From an uncultured delta proteobacterium (lineage in GTDB: Bacteria; Myxococcota; Myxococcia; Myxococcales; Myxococcaceae): a stretch of DNA of 64,000 bases. The stretch spans positions 96,001 to 160,000 of the forward strand of contig CAVYSY010000057.1 in assembly GCA_963771175.1 (NCBI GenBank). The letters are read 5' to 3'. The translations under genes were made by a program, and so were the position numbers. The notes under the pieces were generated by a model, which worked only from the letters and a program-made list of their open reading frames with translations, did not search any database and had not been told where the DNA came from. Below, piece by piece: positions 20,306-30,853 of the stretch; position 1 is the stretch's first letter, and each line of letters begins with the position of its first letter.

Positions 20306-20839
20306 ATGATGGAGACGGTAACGATGAAGGCGATTGACGAGGCCGACGCCCCATCTCCTGGGAGCAACCCCCAGGAGACACAGTTGGGCGAGGTGTTTGA
20401 GTTCATGCGCCTGTTGTGGGCCGTGGATCATCGACTGAAGTCCACCTCGAAGCACATGGAGGTCACCCTGGGGCTGACGGGCCCACAGCGACTGGTGGTG
20501 CGACTCGTGGGACGGTTCCCTGGCATCACCGCGGGCCGACTCGCGCACATCCTCCATGTCCACCCCAGCACGCTCACCGGCATCTTGAGGCGCCTGGAGA
20601 AGCGGGGCCACATCGAGCGCAAGGCGGATCCGCTCGATGCGCGCAAGGCGCTCTTCTCCCTCACCGAGGCGGGCCTTGAGCTGGACGCCCCCACCGCCAG
20701 CACGGTGGAGGCCGCCGTGCAGCGGGCGCTCTCCCGCGTGCCGAAAGCGAGGATGGCGGGGGCCCAGGAGGTGCTCACCGTGCTGGCCGAGGAGTTGGGT
20801 GCAGGCGACACCCCCGTCCTGGCACTCCGAGCCGGGTGA
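20306..20839 (+). CDS. MarR-family transcriptional regulator
   Basis: [48 protein letters not shown]; divergent from the Rieske gene. Start may be 20324. Confidence 0.88.
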   Translation: MMETVTMKAIDEADAPSPGSNPQETQLGEVFEFMRLLWAVDHRLKSTSKHMEVTLGLTGPQRLVVRLVGRFPGITAGRLAHILHVHPSTLTGILRRLEKRGHIERKADPLDARKALFSLTEAGLELDAPTASTVEAAVQRALSRVPKARMAGAQEVLTVLAEELGAGDTPVLALRAG

Positions 20840-20860
20840 GCCCGAGCCCCTCGGGCCCGG

Positions 20861-23350
20861 TTACAGCTTCAGGTTCCTCAGCCGCAGCGCGTTGCTGATG
20901 ACCGACACCGACGAGAGGCTCATCGCCGCCGCCGCCAGCATCGGGCTGAGCAGCAGCCCGAAGAACGGGTAGAGCACCCCGGCCGCGATGGGCACGCCCA
21001 GCGCGTTGTAGACGAAGGCGAAGAAGAGGTTCTGCCGGATGTTGCGCATCGTGGCGCGGCTCAGCTTCCGGCGCCCGCGCGATGCCGCGCAGGTCGCCCT
21101 TCACCAGCGTCACCGCCGCGCTCTCCATCGCCACGTCGGTGCCGGTGCCCATGGCGATGCCCACGTCGGCCTGGGCCAGCGCCGGCGCGTCGTTGACCCC
21201 GTCGCCCGCCATCGCCACCGTGCGGCCCTCGGCCTGCAGCCGCTTCACCACGTCGCCCTTGCCCTCGGGCAGCACCTCCGCCACGCACCTCGTCGATGCC
21301 CAGCTTGCGCGCCACCGCCTCGGCCGTGGTGCGGCTGTCGCCGGTGAGCATCACCACCCGCACGCCCTCGCGCGCGCAGCGTGGCGCAGCGCCTCGGGCG
21401 TGGTGGCCTTGAGCGGGTCCGCCACGCCCGAGCAGCCCCGCCGCTCGCCCGTCCACCGCCACGAACATCACCGTCTGCCCCTCGCGCCGCAGCTCCTCCG
21501 CCGCGAGGCCGCAGCGCTCCCGCGTCCACGCCGAGCAACTCCAGCAGCGCGCACGTTGCCCAGCGCCACCTCCGCGCCCTCCACGCGCCCCGTCACGCCC
21601 TCGCCCGTCATCGAGCGGAAGCCCTGCGCCTCCGCCAGACCGCGCCCTCGCTCCTCGGCCCCCGCCACGATCGCCGCCGCCAGCGGGTGCTCGCTGCCCC
21701 GCTCCAGGCTCGCCGCCAGGCGCAGCAGCCGCGCCTCGTCCAGGCCCTCCGCCGCCACCACCGACATCAGCTTCGGCTTGCCCTCGGTGAGCGTGCCCGT
21801 CTTGTCCACCACCAGCGTGTCCACCTTCTCCAGCAGCTCGAGCGCCTCGGCGTCGCGGATGAGCACGCCCGCCCCGCGCGCCCCTGCCCGTGCCCACCAT
21901 GATGGACATGGGCGTGGCCAGCCCCAGCGCGCACGGGCAGGCGATGATGAGCACCGCCACCGCGTTCACCAGCGCGTACGCCAGCCGCGGCTCGGGCCCC
22001 AGCAGCGCCCAGAGCGATGAACGTCAGCACCGACGACCGCGATGACCGCCGGCACGAACACCGCCGCCACCTTGTCCGCCAGCCGCTGAATCGGCGCGCG
22101 CGATGCGCTGCGCCTCGCCCACCCGCTGGACGATCTGCGACAGCAGCGTGTCCCGCCCCACCCGCTCGGCCTTCATCACCAGGCTGCCCGTGCCGTTGAC
22201 GGTGCCGCCGGTGACGCGGGCGCCGGGTGCCTTCTCCACGGGGATGGACTCGCCCGTCACCATGGACTCGTCCACCGAGCTCTCGCCCTCCAGCACCACG
22301 CCGTCCACCGGCACCTTCTCGCCGGGGCGCACGCGCAGCGAGTCCCCCACCTGCACCTGCTCCAGCGGGACGTCCTCCTCGCGGCCGTCCTCGCGGATGC
22401 GCCGGGCCACGGACGGCGCGAGGCCCAGCAGCGCGCGCAGGGCCCCCGAGGTGGCTCGGCGGGCGCGCAGCTCCAGCACCTGTCCCAGCAGCACCAGCGT
22501 GGTGATGATCGCCGCCGCCTCGAAGTAGACGGGCGCCGCGCCCGCCATGGCCGGTGAAGGCGTGCGGGAGCAGCCCCGGCGCCACCGTGGCGACGACGCT
22601 GAAGAGGTACGCCGCGCCCGTCCCGATGGCGATGAGCGTGAACATGTTGAGGTGCCGGTTCTTCACCGACGCCCAGCCGCGCTCGAAGAAGGGCCAGCCG
22701 CCCCAGAGCACCACCGGCGTCGCCAGCGCGAGCTGCACCCACGCCAGCACCCGCGGGTCGAAGGCGTGCTGCACCGGCTGGCCCGGAATCAGGTCGGACA
22801 TGCCGAGGAAGAGCAGCGGCAGCGTGAGGACGACGCCCACCCAGAACCGCCGCGTCATGCTCAGCAGCTCGGGGTCCGGCAGCTCCTCGGGCAGCACCGT
22901 GCGCGGCTCCAGCGCCATGCCGCAGATGGGGCACGCTCCCGGCTCGCTCCGCACGATCTGCGGGTGCATGGGGCACACCCACTCGGTGCGAGCCGTCATC
23001 GCCACCGGCTGCTCGGGCTCCAGCGCCATGCCGCACTTGGGGCAGGCGCCCGGGTGGTCCTGGCGGACCTCGGGGTCCATCGGGCAGATCCACATCGTCC
23101 CCGGCGGCGCCTCCACCGGCTCCGCCTGGAGCGCGAGGAACCTCAGGGGCTCGGCGGCGAAGCGCTCCCGGCACTTCGGGTTGCAGAAGTAGTACGTCTT
23201 GCCGTCATGGACGTGGGAGCCGCCCTTGGCGGTCGCCGGGTCCACCGTCATGCCGCAGACCGGGTCCACCACCTTGCCTCCCGAGTCGGAGGGAGGGGCG
23301 TGCGAGTGACCAGCGTGGGGGTCGTGCGAGTGGGTGTGCTCGTGGGCCAT
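20861..23350 (-). CDS. copA: Copper-translocating P1B-type ATPase with His-rich tip, YHS and two CPM(H/D)P metal-binding modules; many frameshifts
   Basis: [62 protein letters not shown] and M..SS motifs across frames. Confidence 0.85.
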
Positions 23351-23380
23351 GATGAAGGAACTGCTCCTTTCGCCTGGGCT

Positions 23381-23406
23381 AACGGAGCGCGCGTCAGACC
23401 CTTACA
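23381..23406 (-). promoter_or_regulatory. Candidate ECF sigma promoter upstream of the copper ATPase
   Basis: TGTAA-N17-CGTT on the minus strand, 30 bp before the ATG; resembles generic ECF -35/-10 elements. Confidence 0.35.
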
Positions 23407-23462
23407 GTGGTCACGCCGCACACCTGGGTTCGGTCCAGGACGTAACCGAGGCCCCCTGCCCG

Positions 23463-24068
23463 TCAAGCGGGCGTCTTGCAGCCCCCGCCCGGCTTCCCGC
23501 AGGTGCAGTCAAGGCACCCATGAGAAGCGCAGGTGCCACAGCTCCGCTCCAACTGCTTCTTGAGCGCCTGCCGCGCGCGGTGCAGCCGCACCCCGGCGTT
23601 GTTCGCGGTGATTCCCGCCTCCAGCGCCACCGCGGGGACGCTCCGGCCCTCCAGGTCCACCTGGCGCACCATCTCCGCGTACTCGGGCTTGAGCGCGGGC
23701 AGCAGGTCGTGGATGCAGGCGCAGACAGTCTGCGTCAGCTCCGGATCCGGCCCCACCTCGGAGACCTCACGGGCCTCGCGCTCCAGGGCTCGCCCCTCGG
23801 TGGACTGCCGGCGGTAATGGTCCACGAGCGCGTTGCGCAGCAGACGGTAGAACCAGGCGACGGCGCCCTCTTCCTCCTGGAGCTCGCCCCCCTTCTCCAG
23901 CGTCCGCACATAGGCGGATTGGAGGAGCTCCTCGGCGAGGGCCCGGCTGCCCACCCGACGCTCGAGGAAGCTCAGGAAGCGCCGGTGGTTCCCCACCAGT
24001 GCCTCTACGACGCTCGGGTTCAGCGCGCCCTCGCCCTCCAGGAGAGGGTCTCCGTTACGGTGCCGCAT
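23463..24068 (-). CDS. ECF sigma factor with CxC motif and C-terminal Cys-rich domain (CorE-like metal-responsive)
   Basis: Region 2 AEELLQ..AWFYRLLRNALVDHYRR, VCACI, region 4 GVRLHRARQAL, tail CGTCASHGCLDCTC; adjacent to Cu ATPase. Confidence 0.88.
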   Translation of the reverse strand: MRHRNGDPLLEGEGALNPSVVEALVGNHRRFLSFLERRVGSRALAEELLQSAYVRTLEKGGELQEEEGAVAWFYRLLRNALVDHYRRQSTEGRALEREAREVSEVGPDPELTQTVCACIHDLLPALKPEYAEMVRQVDLEGRSVPAVALEAGITANNAGVRLHRARQALKKQLERSCGTCASHGCLDCTCGKPGGGCKTPA

Positions 24069-24149
24069 TCCGTGCCTCGCGCTCTCCCGGTGAGCACCTC
24101 GCCCACCGGCCTCCCTCTACTATCCGAGCCCCGAGGGGATTCAACCCCT

Positions 24150-25547
<1,398 letters not shown>

Positions 25548-25676
25548 GGCTACGGATATTTCTCCACCCGGGGTGACTCGGGAAGAAATCACCCACCGAG
25601 CCCTTGCCTCCAAGGCCGGCGACGGAACATGACAGGGAGTGGGCCCGCATCTCCGCGCGGCCCGACGGAGAGCCCC

Positions 25677-26612
25677 ATGCCGGTGCGCTTCAAGAACCAG
25701 GATGGCAGTGTCCCGCACCCCTTCGGCAACGTCTTCAAGTGGGCCGTGGGCGACAAGCTGGCGGGCAGGCGTCGCAAGAGCCCGGACACCGCCCCCGTGC
25801 CCCGCGTGGAGCCGGACCTCGCCGCGCTGGCCACTCCGCCGACTCCTGGCGAGGGCGCGCGCCTCACCTGGCTGGGCCATGCGAGCTGGTTGGTGCAGCT
25901 CGACGGCGTGTCGCTGCTCATCGACCCCGCCCTGCGCGACACCATCACCGGCTTCATCCGCCGCAACGTGGCCCCAGGCGTGCCGATGGAGAAGCTGCCC
26001 CCCATCACCGCCACGCTGGTGTCGCACAACCACTTCGACCACCTGGACATGCCCACGGTGCGCCAGGTGGGCGCGCCCGTCGTCAGCGGGCTGCGCATGG
26101 CGCGCTACTTCCCCCGCGGCTCGCTGCCCGTCACCGAGCTGGACTGGTGGGGCTCTACGAAGGTGGGCCCGGTGACGGTCCACTTCGTCCCAGCGCAGCA
26201 CTGGAGCCGCCGCGGCGTCCACGACACCAACGAGACGCTCTGGGGCGGCTTCGTGGTGGAGGGCTCCAGCGCGCGCGTCTACCACTCGGGGGACACCGCC
26301 TGGTTCGAGGGCTTCAAGGAGATCGGCCAGCGCTTCCCCGCGCTCGACGCGGCCATGCTGCCCATCGGCGCGTACGACCCGGGCTGGTTCATGGAGAAGC
26401 AGCACATGAACCCCGAGCAGGCGGTGCAGGCGTTCGAGGACCTCGGGGCCCGGCGCTTCCTCGCCATGCACTGGGGCACCTTCAAGCTCACCGACGAGCC
26501 CCTGGACGAGCCGCCCCAGCGGCTGGACGCCGAGTGGAGCCGCCGCGAACTGCCGCGCGAGCCGCTCCACGTGCTGGCCGTGGGCGAGAGCCTCACCGTC
26601 CGTCGCGGCTGA
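25677..26612 (+). CDS. MBL-fold metallo-hydrolase (NAPE-PLD/RomA-like)
   Basis: [42 protein letters not shown]. Confidence 0.9.
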   Translation: MPVRFKNQDGSVPHPFGNVFKWAVGDKLAGRRRKSPDTAPVPRVEPDLAALATPPTPGEGARLTWLGHASWLVQLDGVSLLIDPALRDTITGFIRRNVAPGVPMEKLPPITATLVSHNHFDHLDMPTVRQVGAPVVSGLRMARYFPRGSLPVTELDWWGSTKVGPVTVHFVPAQHWSRRGVHDTNETLWGGFVVEGSSARVYHSGDTAWFEGFKEIGQRFPALDAAMLPIGAYDPGWFMEKQHMNPEQAVQAFEDLGARRFLAMHWGTFKLTDEPLDEPPQRLDAEWSRRELPREPLHVLAVGESLTVRRG

Positions 26613-26789
26613 GGCAAACCGCCCCCCCGGACCGCGCCAACGGTGACCCGGTGGCCGGGCCTCGGGCAAACTGCCAGGGCATGAGAACCACGGCACGGTC
26701 ACGGTGCAGTTCCAGCGAGTGCGAGCCGCGATGCCCTCCACGTCACCGGGAAGGGCCCGCCGATGCCCAAAGGGCATCCGGGGGCACCC

Positions 26790-27170
26790 CTACTCGGAGA
26801 CTGGAGGCGCGAGTTCTTCTGGTAGAGGTGTCCGGAGAAAACGCAGACCCTTCGGCAATTGGATGACTTGGAAACCCTGGCCGGCGATGCTAACGAGTTC
26901 TCCGTCGGTTGCCTTTCCGCTAGATAGCCACTCATCGGCCTCTTTCTGCGTCGCAAACGCATGAGAAACCTTGATCTTGAACGAGGGGTCAAAGAACTCT
27001 TGATAATACTTGAGGAAATCGTCCAGCTTCCCGATACGGCGGACGTAGAGCAGCGAAATCGCGGCAAGCTGGATTGTCGCCTCCTCTTTTGAGCCCGCCT
27101 GATACTTCTTGCTCGAGGCATCCAGAGTTCTAAGGGCGTCGTCCATTTCGAAGTCTTTGATATATGCCAT
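26790..27170 (-). CDS. Hypothetical cytoplasmic protein, putative immunity protein (copy A)
   Basis: 126 aa, low GC, 25 bp downstream of the Cys-rich lipoprotein; paralog at 30340-30744. Confidence 0.75.
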   Translation of the reverse strand: MAYIKDFEMDDALRTLDASSKKYQAGSKEEATIQLAAISLLYVRRIGKLDDFLKYYQEFFDPSFKIKVSHAFATQKEADEWLSSGKATDGELVSIAGQGFQVIQLPKGLRFLRTPLPEELAPPVSE

Positions 27171-27195
27171 TTCAGCACCGAGCCCTTTCACCGGC

Positions 27196-27657
27196 TTAGA
27201 GAGCCAGGGGAGCCAGAATCAGCGCACCAGTTCCACCTGTTGCAACGACGAAGGCGACGCCAGCAACAACAACAACGGTTCCAATTGCCACCTCGGTCTT
27301 GTGGTTTCGCAGCCAGTCGAGTGCCACGTCGATGCTCGAAAAATGCAGTTCCTTTTTCTTTCCCTCCCGTTCTAGTTGTTCCTGCTCCTCAATACACTCC
27401 ATGTACTCTTTGCGGCACTCCTCGGTGCAGTATTCGTGGTGTTTGCCAGAGCCCTTTTCGATGCTCGTGAGTGGAGGAGCACGGTTCCAGCATCTGTCGA
27501 AGCACCTGACGTGTTCAGCGTCGCAATCATAGCCACCAGAACCGCCAAGTCCGTCCGCTTCCTCGGAAATGACGTAGACTTTGCGCTCTGGCGGCTGCGT
27601 GTGGGCGCATCCTGCGCTCGCCATCACAACGGCCGTTAGCAGAGCTATTAATTTCAT
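27196..27657 (-). CDS. Small Cys-rich lipoprotein with hydrophobic C-terminal tail, putative toxin
   Basis: GGAG RBS, lipobox SAGC, CX6CX3CW...CX3CX6C, tail VAIGTVVVVAGVAFVVATGGTGALILAPLAL; low GC. Confidence 0.75.
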   Translation of the reverse strand: MKLIALLTAVVMASAGCAHTQPPERKVYVISEEADGLGGSGGYDCDAEHVRCFDRCWNRAPPLTSIEKGSGKHHEYCTEECRKEYMECIEEQEQLEREGKKKELHFSSIDVALDWLRNHKTEVAIGTVVVVAGVAFVVATGGTGALILAPLAL

Positions 27658-27841
27658 ATCTCCACGCCTCCGCGCCGTCGTCCCGCGTGTTCAGCGGAAA
27701 TCGTCGACAATGTAGACCCCCGTGCGAGAAGATTCGAGCAATGCATTTCCGGGACGCAAACCCGGGTTCATTTTAATGAGGTCCAAGTGCCCGAAACTAC
27801 TGGGGATGTGCTTTTCTCCCACGAGGAGGATAGGACGAGCC

Positions 27842-28305
27842 ATGGCGCGCGCTCTGGACGTGAAGCACTGGCGGGACGAGCTGGTCGAGGCGGTCAACGA
27901 GGGAGACGAAACACGGGCACGCTCCCTGTTTGTCCCAGTCGGGTGCCCGCAGGGCGAGACCCCTGCTGGAAGCCATGCTGGCGCACCCGGATGCACTCGT
28001 CCGTCAGGCGGCTGCCTTCGGTCTGGGCGAGTTGGGTGGAACCGCCAGCACCAGGAGCCTGGAGCAACAGCTCTCCCTCGAAGAAGCGCGCAAGGACCAC
28101 GATGGCTCCGCCGTCGCGGATGCCATTACCGCGGCACTGGGACGCCTCGAGGAAGCGGGGGCACGGGCCCCTCTGGTGCGCAGGCTGCAACGACTGGCCG
28201 CTGGCAAGTCGGATCCTGGAGACGTGGGCACGGTGGTCGGAGCCGATCCTGGCCAAGGTCTTCGATGATGCCGCGCGAGAGCTACGCGGTCGCGAGAAGG
28301 GTTGA
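27842..28305 (+). pseudogene. HEAT-repeat protein fragment, frameshifted and apparently truncated
   Basis: GAGGAGG upstream; MARALDVKHWRDEL.. then in another frame LLEAMLAHPDALVRQAAAFGLGELG..AITAALGRL. Confidence 0.55.
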
Positions 28306-28338
28306 GGGAGGACGGACGGTATGCTCTGAGAGGAGGCC

Positions 28339-30096
28339 ATGCTCCTGCCCGTCCTCCTCGCACTCACGCTCAGTCAGGCTCCCCTCGCCACCGTCTCCGA
28401 GCAGAGCGGATGGACCCGCACCGGCCGCTACGCGGAGGTGGAGTCCCTCTGCCGCGCCTTCCCCCAGCGCTACCCCGGCAAGGTGCGCTGTGACACCTTC
28501 GGCACCACCCCCGAGGGCCGTCCCCTGCTCGCCCTGGTGGCCAGCGCGGATGGCACCCTCACCCCAGCCGCCGCCGCGAAGAAGGGCCGCCCCGTCGTCC
28601 TCTTCCAGGGCGGCATCCACGCCGGGGAGATCGACGGCAAGGACGCCGGCTTCTGGCTGCTGCGCGACCTGCTCGACGGCAAGGCGCTGCCGGGCGTGCT
28701 CAAGCAGGTGACGGCTGTCTTCGTGCCCGTCTTCAACGTGGACGGCCACGAGCGCTTCCGCCCCAACCACCGCCCCAACCAGGTGGGCCCCGAGGAGATG
28801 GGCTGGCGCGTCACCGCGCAGAACCTCAACCTCAACCGCGACTACGTGAAGGCGGACGCCCCGGAGATGGTGGCGCTGCTGAAGCTGCTGCACGGGTGGG
28901 ACCCGCTCTTCTACGTGGACCTGCACGTCACCGACGGCGCCAAGTTCGAGCACGACGTGAGCGTGCAACTGGAGCCGCAGAAGGTGGGCCCCGAGCAGAT
29001 GCGGACCCTCGGCTCGAAGCTGCGCGAGGAGCTCTTCACCGAGTTGGAGGCCAAGGGCCACCTGCCCCTCCCCTTCTACCCCTCCTTCCGGGAGTACGAT
29101 GACCCGGCCTCGGGGGTGAGCTACGGCGTGGCGCCCCCGCGCTTCAGCCACCAGTACTGGGCCACCCACCAGCGCTACGGCGTCCTCGTGGAGACGCACT
29201 CGTGGAAGCCCTACGCGCACCGGGTCGCCACCACGCGCCATGTGCTGGAGGGTCTGCTGCGGCTCGTCGCCCGGGATGGACAGGCGCTGCTGGCGGCCCG
29301 GAAAGCGGCGGACACCGAGGCCGAGTCCGGCAAGGCCCGCGCGGTGGTGCTCTCCTGGGACAACACGGAGAAGAGCCGCCCCATCGCCTTCCGCGGCTAC
29401 GCCTACGAGCGCACGCCCTCCGAGCTGACCACCCAGCCGTGGATCCGCTACGACGACTCGAAGCCGCAGGTGTGGACGATTCCCTACTACGAGGAGCTGA
29501 AGCCCACCCTCTCCGTCACGCTGCCCGCGGGAGGCTACCTCGTGCCCCCGGCGCACGCGGGGTGGGTGGCGGAGAAGCTGGCCGCGCACGGGCTGCGTTT
29601 CCAGCGGCTCGGTCAGGGCGTGCCCTCGGCCGAGGTGGAGGTGTTCCGCGCCACCGAGGCGACGCCGCGCCCCGGCTCCGTGGAGGGTCGCCAGATGCTC
29701 TCGGTGAAGGGCGAGTGGAAGAAGGAGACGCAGGCGCTGCCCGCCGGGACGCTCTATGTGCCGTCAGCGCAGAAGAGCCTGCCCCTGCTGGCGCACCTGC
29801 TCGAGCCGCTCGGGCCGGACTCGCTGCTCGCCTGGGGCTTCTTCAACAACCACTTCGAGCAGAAGGAGTACGTGGAGGACTACGTGCTGGAGCCCTTCGC
29901 CCGAGAGCTGCTGGCGAAGGACCCCTCCGTGAAGGCCGCCTGGGAGGAGAAGCTGAAGAACCCGGAGTTCGCCAGCAACCCTCGCGCCCGCCTGCGCTTC
30001 TTCTACGAGCGCCACCCCGCCTACGATGCCCGCTTCAACCTCTACCCCATCCTCCGCACGGACTCGGCGCCCGCGGGCCTCGAACAGGCACGCTGA
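28339..30096 (+). CDS. Secreted M14-family metallocarboxypeptidase
   Basis: Signal peptide, GGIHAGEIDGK, FNVDGHE, NLNRD, VDLHVTDG. Confidence 0.9.
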   Translation: MLLPVLLALTLSQAPLATVSEQSGWTRTGRYAEVESLCRAFPQRYPGKVRCDTFGTTPEGRPLLALVASADGTLTPAAAAKKGRPVVLFQGGIHAGEIDGKDAGFWLLRDLLDGKALPGVLKQVTAVFVPVFNVDGHERFRPNHRPNQVGPEEMGWRVTAQNLNLNRDYVKADAPEMVALLKLLHGWDPLFYVDLHVTDGAKFEHDVSVQLEPQKVGPEQMRTLGSKLREELFTELEAKGHLPLPFYPSFREYDDPASGVSYGVAPPRFSHQYWATHQRYGVLVETHSWKPYAHRVATTRHVLEGLLRLVARDGQALLAARKAADTEAESGKARAVVLSWDNTEKSRPIAFRGYAYERTPSELTTQPWIRYDDSKPQVWTIPYYEELKPTLSVTLPAGGYLVPPAHAGWVAEKLAAHGLRFQRLGQGVPSAEVEVFRATEATPRPGSVEGRQMLSVKGEWKKETQALPAGTLYVPSAQKSLPLLAHLLEPLGPDSLLAWGFFNNHFEQKEYVEDYVLEPFARELLAKDPSVKAAWEEKLKNPEFASNPRARLRFFYERHPAYDARFNLYPILRTDSAPAGLEQAR

Positions 30097-30156
30097 ATCA
30101 CATCGGTCCCGGCCAGGACCACCCGCCTCCGCCATCTCGACCGGCAGCTGCATCCT

Positions 30157-30318
30157 GGCGCGCACCGACCTGAATCCCGAATCCATGTCATCTCCGAAGA
30201 CGCAGAGGGGATCGGCACCGCGCTCGGAACAGGTGGTGCCGGGGACGACATCTGTCAAAAGGCACTCGAAGAATGCATGAAGCTGTGCTGGGAAAGGCAT
30301 CAATGGCCCTACCCTCAC
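30157..30318 (+). pseudogene. Remnant of a second Cys-rich lipoprotein gene (no signal peptide, no C-terminal half)
   Basis: Manual translation GAHRPESRIHVISEDAEGIGTALGTGGAGDDICQKALEECMKLCWERHQWPYPH matches CAHTQPPERKVYVISEEADGLGGSGGYDCDAEHVRCFDRCWNRAPP of 27196-27657. Confidence 0.7.
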
Positions 30319-30339
30319 ATCTTGCTCTCTAATCTGGAT

Positions 30340-30744
30340 ATGACATCAAAATACAATCCCGACTTCGATGTCGACTCCGTTCTCGACACCCTGCGCATCG
30401 TGAACGAGAGATATGCAGAAGGCTCGCCAGAGGACAAAGCGCTCCGAGTTTCCGCAGTGGCATTACTCTACGTCCGTGAAACCCAGAAGTTGGACGATTA
30501 CCGCGAGTTCTTCCGCTCCTTCTATACCCCCGCCATTGATTACATCGTCGTCTCCCAGACGTTTGCGACGAGACAAGAGGCAGACACGTGGCTCGCCAGC
30601 GGGAAGGCCAGTGAGGGTGAGCTCGTCAGAATCGCTGGCCAGGGTTTCCAAGTCATGCCCGAGCGAAAGGGGACGGGATTGAGGTTCGTCCGGATGCCCC
30701 TGCCGGAAGAACTCATGAAAAACAATCCTCCGGATTCCAAGTAG
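30340..30744 (+). CDS. Hypothetical protein, putative immunity protein (copy B)
   Basis: Shares LLYVR..KLDD, FAT..EAD.WL.SGKA..GELV.IAGQGFQV, GLRF.R.PLPEEL with 26790-27170. Confidence 0.75.
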   Translation: MTSKYNPDFDVDSVLDTLRIVNERYAEGSPEDKALRVSAVALLYVRETQKLDDYREFFRSFYTPAIDYIVVSQTFATRQEADTWLASGKASEGELVRIAGQGFQVMPERKGTGLRFVRMPLPEELMKNNPPDSK

Positions 30745-30853
30745 GCTCCTGGCGCAGAGGCGTCCCGCTCGGGGCCGCTCTCCGACGGTTGAATCTCCCC
30801 CGGACGTCTCCCTAACGTAGGCTCAGGGAACACCTGCCGGTTCCAAGAGGACG

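Noticed and set aside
20861..23350. Programmed frameshifting or true pseudogenisation of the copper ATPase
   Set aside because: Too many scattered indels with no consistent slippery site, and the same pattern occurs in unrelated genes; assembly error is simpler.
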